Of a DNA stretch of 44,224 bases, positions 1 to 8,579 are shown one piece after another. The position numbers were made by a program, and so were the translations under genes. Below the pieces are notes generated by a model that ran no database searches, was not told where the DNA came from, and saw only the letters and a program-made list of their open reading frames with translations. Source of the DNA: a virus (lineage: Duplodnaviria > Caudoviricetes); IMG/VR virus record IMGVR_UViG_3300020336_000013, positions 1 through 44,224 of that record; one strand, given 5' to 3'. Position 1 is the stretch's first letter, and each line of letters opens with the position of its first letter.

Positions 1-109
1 CATTCACCCGGATAATTCCTCCAATAAATAGGATGAAGATCCTCATCATTTAATTGTGTTACCTCAATGACATCTGTTGCAAAATCAATATCAAATACTG
101 CTGGCATTA
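1..109. repeat. Terminal direct repeat, copy 1 (circular/permuted assembly overlap)
   Basis: 1-109 equals 44105-44213 except T49 vs C44153; it contains the 5' end of the - strand gene at 43855..44211. Confidence 0.95.
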
Positions 110-196
110 CGGCTTCACCAACACTGGCTTGCCTGTATTAACAGCCAAAGCAATAGCTTCAGCTAGATTTATAAATGGTTTAAATGTTAATGGCAT
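107..196 (-). CDS. 29-aa hypothetical protein (MPLTFKPFINLAEAIALAVNTGKPVLVKP)
   Basis: AAGGAGG SD just upstream of ATG at 196; its TAA overlaps the next ATG (TAATG); below ORF-track cutoff. Confidence 0.6.
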   Translation of the reverse strand: MPLTFKPFINLAEAIALAVNTGKPVLVKP

Positions 197-278
197 CACT
201 GCCTCCTTTATATTAATGTTTTCAACATCATACTTACTTGTTGACCCTATTATTTTTCTTACTTAGTACTTAGATTGT

Positions 279-490
279 CCACTGATCTTTCAGTGGTCGT
301 CGCATGAATCAAACGGTTCTTTTGTTTGATTCATTTAAAGCGACGAAAGTGCGACTTGTCGCTCCCTCAAAACCGAGCGCAGCGAGGAAAAATTTTTTTG
401 GGAGGAACCGAACAAGTGTTCGATCCCCCCCGACCTCATCGCATCCAGTGACCGGCTTATGGGCGGGTATGGCTTCCCGATGGGGGTATT
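279..490 (-). other. Structured non-coding region downstream of the 217-aa gene (hairpin cluster, terminator-like stem at 401-430)
   Basis: Inverted repeats CCACTGA/TCAGTGG (279-296); nested TCGTCGC/GCGACGA plus ATGAATCAAAC/GTTTGATTCAT (297-346); GCGAC/GTCGC (351-362); 13-bp stem at 401-430 with G-U pairs only on the - strand. Confidence 0.7.
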
Positions 491-497
491 GCTAATT

Positions 498-1151
498 TTA
501 GAAGCCAGCGTCAGCTAGCCTTTTTTCTTGCTCTTCCTCGACGTTGCGAGCAAATTCACGGTCTAGCGGATTATGCACCCGATTTTTAGTCACCGCATGT
601 TGGAGCTTCGCTAAGAAGTCAGCACCATCTGTAAAGTTTGCGGGAATGTCTGCAATACCTACAGCTTCAAACTTAATTGAAACCTCAGCGGATGGGTCTG
701 ATATTTTTATGGTTTCTCCGGTGAATGGATCTTCTAATAGCTCATCGGATCCACCCTTAGATATAACCGTAATAACCACACAATCAGCACCTACTGTCGT
801 ATACCCATCTGGGTTTTCTTCAGTTGGTTCAGTTGTGCGCCCTGCTCTAGTAGCCAGTTGAAACTGTACCGCATCAGGGGCTTTTGACTTAGAGCTAGCT
901 AATTCAACCATGCTCGCATAGTCACCTAGTATTTCATGCTCTTCAATGCCCATCCAGACAGGCTTAACACTTCTATCAAGCGCTTCAAAGTAATTACTTC
1001 TTGCGGCTTGTCTGTCTTTGGCATTGTCTAGTGTCATGAATGGAATAAAAGCTTGGTAGATCGCATCCATGAAACGACCTACTAGCTGTACTATCGCCTC
1101 GCCTGTTCCGGCTAAGCTTGCGGTATCTACCGCTTCGGCAGATTTTGCCAT
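498..1151 (-). CDS. Hypothetical protein, 217 aa (solitary putative early gene)
   Basis: Long ORF with strong AGGAGG SD; flanked by non-coding DNA on both sides; no recognised motif. Confidence 0.85.
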   Translation of the reverse strand: MAKSAEAVDTASLAGTGEAIVQLVGRFMDAIYQAFIPFMTLDNAKDRQAARSNYFEALDRSVKPVWMGIEEHEILGDYASMVELASSKSKAPDAVQFQLATRAGRTTEPTEENPDGYTTVGADCVVITVISKGGSDELLEDPFTGETIKISDPSAEVSIKFEAVGIADIPANFTDGADFLAKLQHAVTKNRVHNPLDREFARNVEEEQEKRLADAGF

Positions 1152-2146
1152 TTAGGAACCTCCTTGGTTCTGTTTGTTTACACCTATTAAATTATCACAT
1201 GTCAATAATCAAGTGGTGGATGGTCTAAAGATTTTTTTTTCTAGATCAACCTCTTTTTTTTTTTTCGCCCTTTGGTTCTTTGGGCGAGCAAAGAACGAAC
1301 TAGCGCGGTGGGTCGCTTTTACCCACTGATGTTTTTGGTTCCGGTTTTTGCATCACTGTAAAAAGCGGAGACTATCTGCCACTAAACTCAAACCCCAAAG
1401 CAAATTGGAACTTGACGAGTGTGATAAGATGAACTCCTTAAATCTCGTCACGCTCTTTCGATGAGATTTTTTAGAAGTTCACTTACTCACGCTTGTCAAG
1501 AGAGAACTTTGCAACCAGTAGACGACTTGCCTCGCCGCAACGGAACAATCAAACCACCAACTCACCGGCGACTACAAACAACTAACAAACACGTCAGTGT
1601 CTACCGACTCTCTTCCCTCTCCCCTGACACCACCTACACACTCACTCCCACACAACCTAACAACCTCATACCTTCAAACCCTATCAAACCCAACAATATT
1701 AAGGTATTGAGTGCTGATTAGTCCCATGGCGTGGTTTCTTAGGTGTGGGTGTGGTGAAGTAGGAATTCTGGTGTGTATGTGTGGGTAAAGTTTTGTTTAT
1801 ACCAGAATTCTGATGCTTGTAGACCCCCGATGTGCCGGAAGGGGGTTCATTAAATATATGTCAGGCTTGTTATTCTTGTCGTGGACACCGAATGTGTTGA
1901 GTTTAGTTTCCCCTTGGGTGCCATCCGGCCGTTTTAAGTACGGTTCCACTTTGAGTTCGAGCGATCACGTTTTACTCTGCCTCTACTTGACTTGATTGTA
2001 GGGGACAGAAGCCCATCTGACGGGCGAACTGAACCTGATAAGGGTTCGCAGACTTCTTTTTTTATGTATTGCCCTGTAGTCTGGACGGGGCGCGTATATA
2101 TTTATATCATAGGTAGGAACGTGTCGAAACCTTATAGGAGATTTTT
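1152..2146. promoter_or_regulatory. Divergent control region; candidate replication origin and/or genome terminus
   Basis: About 1 kb without a credible ORF between divergent gene blocks; T9 (1232-1240) and T12 (1254-1265) tracts; TTGACA on - strand at 1200-1205; 90-nt hairpin 1411-1500; abrupt C/A-rich to G/T-rich switch near 1720. Confidence 0.55.
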
Positions 2147-2533
2147 ATGGCCGCTATGTCAAATTATTTGGAGAACAAAGTTTTAGACTACGTTCTTCGC
2201 GATCAAGCTGATTGGGCTCCAGCCGCTGTGTACCTTTCGTTGCACACTGCTGATCCTACTGACGCTGGGTCTGGTGCTGAAGTATCTGGTGGGTCTTACG
2301 CCCGTCAGGCTATTACTTTTAATGCCGCTCATGCTACAGCAGGTACTATAGACAATTCGTCTGCTGAGGAGTTTACTAATATGCCTGCGTGTACTGTTAC
2401 GCATATAGGTGTGTGGGATGCGGCTTCTTCGGGGAACCTTTTGTTCTTTGGTGCTGTGTCTGCGTCTAAGACTGTTACTGCTGGTGACACGATTTCTATG
2501 GCTGCGGGTTCTCTAGACATAACTTTGGCTTAG
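2147..2533 (+). CDS. Phage structural/tail-fibre-associated protein
   Basis: AGGAG SD; MSNYLENKVLD..VYLSLHTADP..EVSGGSYARQ..THIGVWDAASSGNLL pattern typical of a widespread small phage fibre-associated family. Confidence 0.7.
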   Translation: MAAMSNYLENKVLDYVLRDQADWAPAAVYLSLHTADPTDAGSGAEVSGGSYARQAITFNAAHATAGTIDNSSAEEFTNMPACTVTHIGVWDAASSGNLLFFGAVSASKTVTAGDTISMAAGSLDITLA

Positions 2534-2537
2534 TCTT

Positions 2538-2855
2538 ATGGCTACAGCTTTTCCGGGTGCGTTAGATACTGGCACTCAACAGCCTTCGCCGTCTTCTACG
2601 ACGGATATGGATGCAACAGGGTTTGAACATGACACGGTTCATACGAATCATTCAGGTGCGATTATTGCTTTGGAAACAAAGTTGGGTTTGACTGACTCGA
2701 ATGCTTCGTCTGGTGCTATTCTTGTCGGGTCGGGTGCGTCTACTACTTCGTGGACTACCACGCCTTCTATTAACACGACTGGTACTTCTGGTGGTTTAAC
2801 AGGCGGTTACGAGAATGCTAATATTATTTTAGCTTCGCAGATATTCGGAAGCTAG
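2538..2855 (+). CDS. Short fibre-like structural protein
   Basis: MATAFPGALD..HDTVH..AIIALETKLG N-terminus and IILASQIFG C-terminus, patterns seen in phage fibre modules. Confidence 0.55.
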   Translation: MATAFPGALDTGTQQPSPSSTTDMDATGFEHDTVHTNHSGAIIALETKLGLTDSNASSGAILVGSGASTTSWTTTPSINTTGTSGGLTGGYENANIILASQIFGS

Positions 2856-2866
2856 GAGGCTTTTAG

Positions 2867-3220
2867 ATGGCAACTTTTTCAAAATTACCTTTATCGCATA
2901 ACACTAACGGTAAAAATATTAAGGTTTCGCAAACAGCGACAGCAGGTAATGATATTCATACCGCTGTGTCAGGAACCGCGAATTGGGATGAAGTGTGGTT
3001 GTATGCCTGTAACACTGATTCAACTGACAGGAAACTAACGATTGAGTGGGGTGGTGTAACTTCACCGGATGATTTAACGGAAGTAACTATTGCCGCTGAA
3101 TCAGGTTGGACTTTGGTTGTGCCGGGATTGCTTATTCAGAATGGTCTTGTGATTCAGGCTTTCGCGGCGGCGACAAATGTTGTTATGGTGAACGGGTACG
3201 TTAATCGAATAACAGCTTAG
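2867..3220 (+). CDS. Conserved phage fibre-module protein
   Basis: AGGAGG SD; DEVWLYA.N..LTIEWGG..AESG..LVVPGL..GYVNRI beta-rich pattern; precedes the Gly-rich fibre. Confidence 0.6.
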   Translation: MATFSKLPLSHNTNGKNIKVSQTATAGNDIHTAVSGTANWDEVWLYACNTDSTDRKLTIEWGGVTSPDDLTEVTIAAESGWTLVVPGLLIQNGLVIQAFAAATNVVMVNGYVNRITA

Positions 3221-3227
3221 GAGAGTA

Positions 3228-4229
3228 ATGCCTGATATTAAAAAATATTTTCCGGGTTCTAAAGTATCTGATTGGACTGGTGGTTCTTTCGGGGCGGCTG
3301 GTCCGGGTGCTAAAGCATTAGGTGGAACGGTATACACACAAGGTGCTTACACAGTTCATTATTTTACTGGGTCTTCAGGTTTCGCTGTTATAGACGGTGG
3401 GGGTTTAGAAGAAGTAGACGTGTTTGTTTGCGGTGGCGGCGGTAGCGGCGGTGGTGGTTTTGCCCAACCCACAATGACAAGTAATAGTCACGGCGGCGGC
3501 GGTGGCGGTGGGGCTGTTCCTAAATCTGCGGTACCAGTAACAGAAGGAACAGTTTATGCTGTCAGCATAGGAGCAGGTGGTGGTCCAACAACTTTAGGTG
3601 GCGCGGCTGGTAACGACACCGATTTCGCTTCGGGTACTCCGATCCATGTAAACGCTAAAGGCGGGGGTGGTGGTGGCGCTAAACAGCCAAGTACCGTACC
3701 TGCTGATTGGGTTGGTCTTTCAACAGGTGCAGGAAATCCGGGTGCCGCAGGTGGCGGCGGCGGTGGGGGACCGAATTACCCTTATTACGCGGCTGGTACT
3801 GGCGGTGCTGGAGCCGTACCTAGCACAGAACCAAGTTTAACTGTTTACTCTGGTGGCAACGGAACAACACCCGTGTGGTGTGGTGGCGGTGGGGGTGGAG
3901 CCGGTGGTAATGGTTACATTGGTTCTTCTTGGCCGGGTCCGGGTCAAGGTGGTACTGGTGGTGCAGGGCGGTATAGCCCGATAGGTGGTACTAGGGGTGG
4001 CGGTGGTGGCGGTGCTACTGGTCCAGCAGGTTCGTCAGGTGGTACTGGTCAAGCAGGTGGTGGTACAGGTGCTTTCTCACCGTCAACTGGTACTCCCGGA
4101 GGTGCTGGACCTTCTAACTTTAGCGGTGGTGGTGGCGGTGGTCACACTGCCGGTTGGCCTTCGTCTGGTGCTTCTGGTAGGGGCGGTCAAGGTGGTAGTG
4201 GTTCTGTGTTTATTTGGTATCCAACTTAG
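3228..4229 (+). CDS. Glycine-rich tail fibre / receptor-binding domain protein
   Basis: YTVHYFTGSSG..VFVCGGGGSGG..GGGGG repeats and GQGGSGSVFIWYP terminus, the classic phage glycine-rich domain. Confidence 0.8.
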   Translation: MPDIKKYFPGSKVSDWTGGSFGAAGPGAKALGGTVYTQGAYTVHYFTGSSGFAVIDGGGLEEVDVFVCGGGGSGGGGFAQPTMTSNSHGGGGGGGAVPKSAVPVTEGTVYAVSIGAGGGPTTLGGAAGNDTDFASGTPIHVNAKGGGGGGAKQPSTVPADWVGLSTGAGNPGAAGGGGGGGPNYPYYAAGTGGAGAVPSTEPSLTVYSGGNGTTPVWCGGGGGGAGGNGYIGSSWPGPGQGGTGGAGRYSPIGGTRGGGGGGATGPAGSSGGTGQAGGGTGAFSPSTGTPGGAGPSNFSGGGGGGHTAGWPSSGASGRGGQGGSGSVFIWYPT

Positions 4230-4235
4230 GAATTT

Positions 4236-4742
4236 ATGGCTCATTTTGCAGAAATAAACGAAAATAATATTGTTATCAGAGTTCTTGTTGTAGACAACAG
4301 TGACATGATGGATGAAGATGGCAAGGAAAGCGAAGAAGTAGGCAAGCAACATCTTGTTGATCTTTTTGGCGGTACTTGGGTTCAAACTTCTTACAATAGT
4401 AATTTTCGTAAACAATACGCAGTGCAAAATTTTATGTGGCGTGAAGATTTAGATATGTTTATCGACCAGAAACCTTATAATTCATGGGTGCTTAATGATG
4501 ATGGCGATTGGGTGCCGCCTATTCCATGGAAAGAAGGCTATGATTGGGATGAAGAAAACCAAGCATGGATTAAACACAAGGATGTTCCTGATAGTTGGAT
4601 TTACGATGAGACACTACAAAGGTTTGTGGCTCCAGTACCATATCCTTCTATAAAATCGGAAGCATTTGCAGGTGTTGACGGTGCGCATTTTGATTGGGAG
4701 TGGGATGAAACAAATAAGAAATGGGTCGAAAGAACTTCATAG
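4236..4742 (+). CDS. 'MAHFAE'-type fibre accessory protein
   Basis: MAHFAEI..N.VIRVLVV..WVQTSYN.NFRKQYA..W.PP.P and WDE..W repeats; this family typically follows Gly-rich fibres. Confidence 0.7.
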   Translation: MAHFAEINENNIVIRVLVVDNSDMMDEDGKESEEVGKQHLVDLFGGTWVQTSYNSNFRKQYAVQNFMWREDLDMFIDQKPYNSWVLNDDGDWVPPIPWKEGYDWDEENQAWIKHKDVPDSWIYDETLQRFVAPVPYPSIKSEAFAGVDGAHFDWEWDETNKKWVERTS

Positions 4743-5331
4743 AGTTTGGTTAGATGATTTTGTTTGCCAGTTTCAACTGGATGATGCAAAAGATTTATGT
4801 GAAGAAGTAATCGAAAGACTTAAACCTTCAACAAGGTGGTACAACTCTGGTGTTGCTAGTGGAAAAGTTGAACCTAATTTAAGAGACTCGATGCAAATAA
4901 GTTACGATCCGAACAGCCCGCCTGTTGAGCATGAACCTTTACTAGCTTTCGCTCAGGAATGTTTAGATGTTTACACAACCGAACGTAAAGAAGCTGGGGA
5001 TGTTCCAGCATTTGGCATGACAGAAGGCTATAACATTCTTAAATATAAAGGCGATGGTTCACAGGCTTACCATGCGGTGCATTCAGATCAAGGATGGCCG
5101 AATAATATACATAGGCATGTTAGTTTTTGCATGTATTTAAATGACATTGAAGAGGGTGGTGAAACAGAATTTCCTGCACATGAGTTAAAAATAGAACCTA
5201 AAGCTGGCAGGGGTTTAATTTTTCCTGCTAGTTGGGTTTATTCACATAGATCACTTCCTCACAAAACAGGAGTGGACAGATATGTATTTAACATCTTTTA
5301 CGGTTTTATAACTCAAGAGGTAAAAGAGTGA
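4705..5331 (+). CDS. 2OG-Fe(II) oxygenase, prolyl-4-hydroxylase-like
   Basis: HSD iron motif, SFCMYLND..EGGETEF, P..GRGLIFP..W.YSH, distal R; start uncertain (4666 in track, ATG 4705 has GGGAG upstream). Confidence 0.85.
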   Translation: MKQIRNGSKELHRVWLDDFVCQFQLDDAKDLCEEVIERLKPSTRWYNSGVASGKVEPNLRDSMQISYDPNSPPVEHEPLLAFAQECLDVYTTERKEAGDVPAFGMTEGYNILKYKGDGSQAYHAVHSDQGWPNNIHRHVSFCMYLNDIEEGGETEFPAHELKIEPKAGRGLIFPASWVYSHRSLPHKTGVDRYVFNIFYGFITQEVKE

Positions 5332-5900
5332 CTTTTGCTCAGTGGAAATTATTAGAAGGAGAACAGTTTAAAACTGCTAAGTCAGATATATTAAAAACTG
5401 ATTTAGAGTTCATAACCAAGTACGCCCTTTGGCGTGAAGAAGTTGCAGAATGGAATGGAGACAACCAATCGCCGGGGATGTTCGCTTATTATAAAGATCC
5501 TTGCATGGAATATTTTCATTACTTACTGCATTCAGTAATGGAAAAAGAGACAGGTTTATCTCTTCTACCTTCATACACCTACTTCAGGGTTTATAGAAAT
5601 GGCGCAATTTTAGATCCACATAAAGACAGACCAGCGTGTGAAGTTTCCGCTTCACTTCTTATTGGAACAAATATAGAAAAGCCGTGGCCTTTAATTGTCG
5701 AAGACGAAGAAATATTTCAAGAGGTTGGAGATGTTCTTATTTACAGAGGATGCGAAGTTACTCATTGGAGAGATCCTTTAGTAGCTAAAGAAGGCGATTA
5801 TTATATTCAACTTTTTGCACATTATGTAGATGCAGATGGACCTTATGTTTCACATGCTGGAGACGCAGAGAACTCTACACAAAATCCGATAGGTATGTAA
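5328..5900 (+). CDS. 2OG-Fe(II) oxygenase
   Basis: PSYTYFRVY..G..L.PHKDRPACEVSAS..GD.LIYRGCEV.HWR..QLFAHYV, the phage HxD..H dioxygenase family. Confidence 0.85.
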   Translation: MTFAQWKLLEGEQFKTAKSDILKTDLEFITKYALWREEVAEWNGDNQSPGMFAYYKDPCMEYFHYLLHSVMEKETGLSLLPSYTYFRVYRNGAILDPHKDRPACEVSASLLIGTNIEKPWPLIVEDEEIFQEVGDVLIYRGCEVTHWRDPLVAKEGDYYIQLFAHYVDADGPYVSHAGDAENSTQNPIGM

Positions 5901-5927
5901 TACTATTCTTTATGACTGAAAGTAACT

Positions 5928-6551
5928 ATGGCTATTGATTATCGCCAATCTGGGATAGATTATAGAAACACCACCTATAACTATGATGGTGGTGAACGTC
6001 CTACTTTAAGCGCTTCGCTTTCAAGTTCTGCTTCTATATCAGCGGTTATAGTAGAGGAAGCGTCGATAGCTTCAGCTATATCTAGCGCCGCTTCAATATC
6101 AGGAACAATAATTGCTACTACTGCTTTAGGTTCTTCTATTTCTTCTTCAGCTTCGATAACAGCCGTTATCGTAGAGGAAGCTTCTATCGCTTTAGCTATT
6201 TCAAGTTCTGCTTCTGTAACTGCTGCTTTAAACATGAATACGTTTATTGCTGCTGCTTTAACATCAACAGGCTCACAAGTTACAGTTATTATTGAAGAGG
6301 CTTCTATAGCGTCTGCTCTTACAGCAACGGCGACTGTTTCAGCGGCGATTATTAAAGATCAGCCTATAGCAGCCTCTCTTTCAGCAGTGTTATCGACAGC
6401 TACTCTTATTATCGAGGAAGCTTCTATTGCGGCGGCTTTAACTTCGACAGCTAGTGTAACTACTGTCATTCTTTTAAAATTCCCTAAACCTAACGTAACA
6501 CTCTCGCCTTCTACGTATCATGATGTTACTCTAGAAGCAAGTGTCGGCTAG
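5928..6551 (+). CDS. Ala/Ser/Ile-rich tandem-repeat structural protein
   Basis: EEASIA recurs four times at exact 120-nt spacing (6054, 6174, 6294, 6414), with a 20-aa sub-period. Confidence 0.75.
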   Translation: MAIDYRQSGIDYRNTTYNYDGGERPTLSASLSSSASISAVIVEEASIASAISSAASISGTIIATTALGSSISSSASITAVIVEEASIALAISSSASVTAALNMNTFIAAALTSTGSQVTVIIEEASIASALTATATVSAAIIKDQPIAASLSAVLSTATLIIEEASIAAALTSTASVTTVILLKFPKPNVTLSPSTYHDVTLEASVG

Positions 6552-6559
6552 GAGATTCA

Positions 6560-6847
6560 ATGGCAGTATATGACAACGGAGATTCAGTACGTGTGACAGC
6601 GAACTTTACAACTGATGGGACTCTTGCTGATCCTACTGGGAATGCAGCAGGTGTAACAGTTACTTGGCGTAAACCTTCAGGTGGAACAGATGCTACTCCT
6701 GCGGCTACAAAAAGTTCAACAGGTGTATATTATGTTGATCTGACATTAGCTGAAACAGGTATGCATACAGTTAAATTTGCAGGGACGGAAGGTGTTATAG
6801 CCGCCGAAACTCTTGACTTAGAGGTAGCACATTCCGTTTTTGATTGA
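6560..6847 (+). CDS. Small beta-rich putative virion protein
   Basis: AGGAG SD; GDSVRVTANF..LADP..STGVYYVD..GMHTVKF.G Ig-like pattern. Confidence 0.6.
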   Translation: MAVYDNGDSVRVTANFTTDGTLADPTGNAAGVTVTWRKPSGGTDATPAATKSSTGVYYVDLTLAETGMHTVKFAGTEGVIAAETLDLEVAHSVFD

Positions 6848-6860
6848 CCCAAGGGGGGCC

Positions 6861-8579
6861 ATGACTAACACTACGCATGAACAACATGGCGGCAACGTCA
6901 GCAAAGTCAGGGGACAAAAGACTCGTGAATTGTTCCTTGAAGGACTCGCGGAGCATGGAACTATCTCTAAGGCGTGCGCTATCGCTGGTGTCACTCGATC
7001 CGCTTACGATAAGTGGAGACAACGTATACCTGACTTCGCTGAGAAAGCGGACGCTATCAGAGCTAAAGCGCTCGCTGACGGCGGCATGGAGAAGTGGGAC
7101 GGCACTTTTCAAAGTTTCAGAAGTCACTATTTCGGGCACATGTCCCCTTGGTTCCATATCAAAGCCATCGAAGCGTATGAAAACACACCACCCGGAAACA
7201 TTACCCTGATTCTCTGGCCTCCAGAACACGGCAAAACTACGCTTGCCGAGGACTATTTCTGCTACAAACTGGCGACAAATCCCGAATTCAGGATCACCGT
7301 CGGATCTGAGGGACAAGACATGGCTCGAAAAATTCTTGGGCGTATACGTACTCGGATGGAACCTCATGGGCCTTTCCCTAAATATGTAGCTAAATATGGA
7401 CCTTTCGTACCTCAAAACCAGAGTGGTCGTAAAACTGCTCAATCGTGGGGTGCTGATTATTTTAACGTATTTAAGAAAGCTAGTCACGATGAGCGTGATT
7501 ATTCTATGGTTTCTTTAGGGTGGCGATCAAAGATTGCTGGTACACGTACCGATCATCTACACATTGATGACATCCAATCTCGCGTGTCGTTAAATCTAAC
7601 CGAACAAATGTTCGAGATTTTCCGTCAGGACTGGTTAACCCGTCCGGGTGAGAACGGACGTACAAGTATTAATGGTACTCGTGTGGGTGAAGGCGATTTT
7701 TATGAACGTGTAATGAATGAGATAGATCCAGATATTCTTTCTGTGATTAGATTCCCTGCAATAATAACTAACGATGAGGGTGAGCCTGAACCGTTGTGGC
7801 CTGAGATGTTTTCTATAGAAGCGCTTGACAGGATTAGACGTAAGGTTGGCGAGGAAGCATGGTCGCGTAACTATATGCAGCAACCAAGTTCTTCTGCTGA
7901 AGCAACGTTCGATGAGGAATCTATACAGAAATGTTTGAATCCTTTGCGTTCAGTGAATCATCACCCACCAAAAGACTGCACTGTTTACATAGGGTTAGAT
8001 CCTGCGTTGGGTTCTAACAACTGTGTAATAGCTGCTACTCCACATGAGGATAAGTTAAAGATTCTTTTCGTTAGAGAAGATGTAGGTTTGACTCGTAATG
8101 AGCAGATACTCGGCATTGTTGAAGAAGCGATACTTAGATGTGGGCAGAATGGTGCGACTGTATCGGATGTTGTAATTGAAGCTATGGTATTTCAGAAAGG
8201 ATTGTCGCGTGACGAGCGTTTAGTAGAGATGACTGAACGGTATGGCTTTCGTGTTAGGGAGCATTTAACTGGTGTAAACAAGTATGATGAAACTATTGGT
8301 GTTCCTTCTATGGCTTTATCGTTTATGAGAGGTGAGATAGACATTCCTTATGCAGATGATCCGTCTACTCGCCATCAAGCTGATGAGTTAATAAGACAGT
8401 TAAAAGCATGGCGGCCATTAAAACGTGGTACTAAACTAAGACAGGATCAAGTAATGGCATTATGGTTTATTTGGATACTCTGGAGACAAAGGAAACAATC
8501 ATATAGTGTGGACTCTTCACAATTCAGCTTTAAAGGACTACCGTGGAAGACAAGTGTATCTAATAGTAGGGTTTTTTAA
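6861..8579 (+). CDS. terL: Terminase large subunit with N-terminal HTH (TerS-like) extension
   Basis: Walker A PPEHGKT, Walker B LHIDDI, coupling motif NGTR, PLWPE..W..NYMQQP linker, RNase H IGLDPA..VIEA..QDQVMALW; ATG 6861 preferred over 6840. Confidence 0.9.
   Translation: MTNTTHEQHGGNVSKVRGQKTRELFLEGLAEHGTISKACAIAGVTRSAYDKWRQRIPDFAEKADAIRAKALADGGMEKWDGTFQSFRSHYFGHMSPWFHIKAIEAYENTPPGNITLILWPPEHGKTTLAEDYFCYKLATNPEFRITVGSEGQDMARKILGRIRTRMEPHGPFPKYVAKYGPFVPQNQSGRKTAQSWGADYFNVFKKASHDERDYSMVSLGWRSKIAGTRTDHLHIDDIQSRVSLNLTEQMFEIFRQDWLTRPGENGRTSINGTRVGEGDFYERVMNEIDPDILSVIRFPAIITNDEGEPEPLWPEMFSIEALDRIRRKVGEEAWSRNYMQQPSSSAEATFDEESIQKCLNPLRSVNHHPPKDCTVYIGLDPALGSNNCVIAATPHEDKLKILFVREDVGLTRNEQILGIVEEAILRCGQNGATVSDVVIEAMVFQKGLSRDERLVEMTERYGFRVREHLTGVNKYDETIGVPSMALSFMRGEIDIPYADDPSTRHQADELIRQLKAWRPLKRGTKLRQDQVMALWFIWILWRQRKQSYSVDSSQFSFKGLPWKTSVSNSRVF

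Noticed and set aside
1461-2186. Short + strand ORFs 1461..1721, 1813..1995 and 1992..2186
   Set aside because: Low complexity driven by base skew, no SD, and overlap with hairpin-rich control DNA
3400-4200. GGT/GGC tandem runs as a DNA repeat or collagen
   Set aside because: They encode poly-Gly of the glycine-rich fibre domain; there is no sustained Gly-X-Y periodicity
6795-7487. 230-aa antisense ORF and the many other shadow ORFs in the track
   Set aside because: They lie opposite or inside well-supported genes and lack motifs or SD
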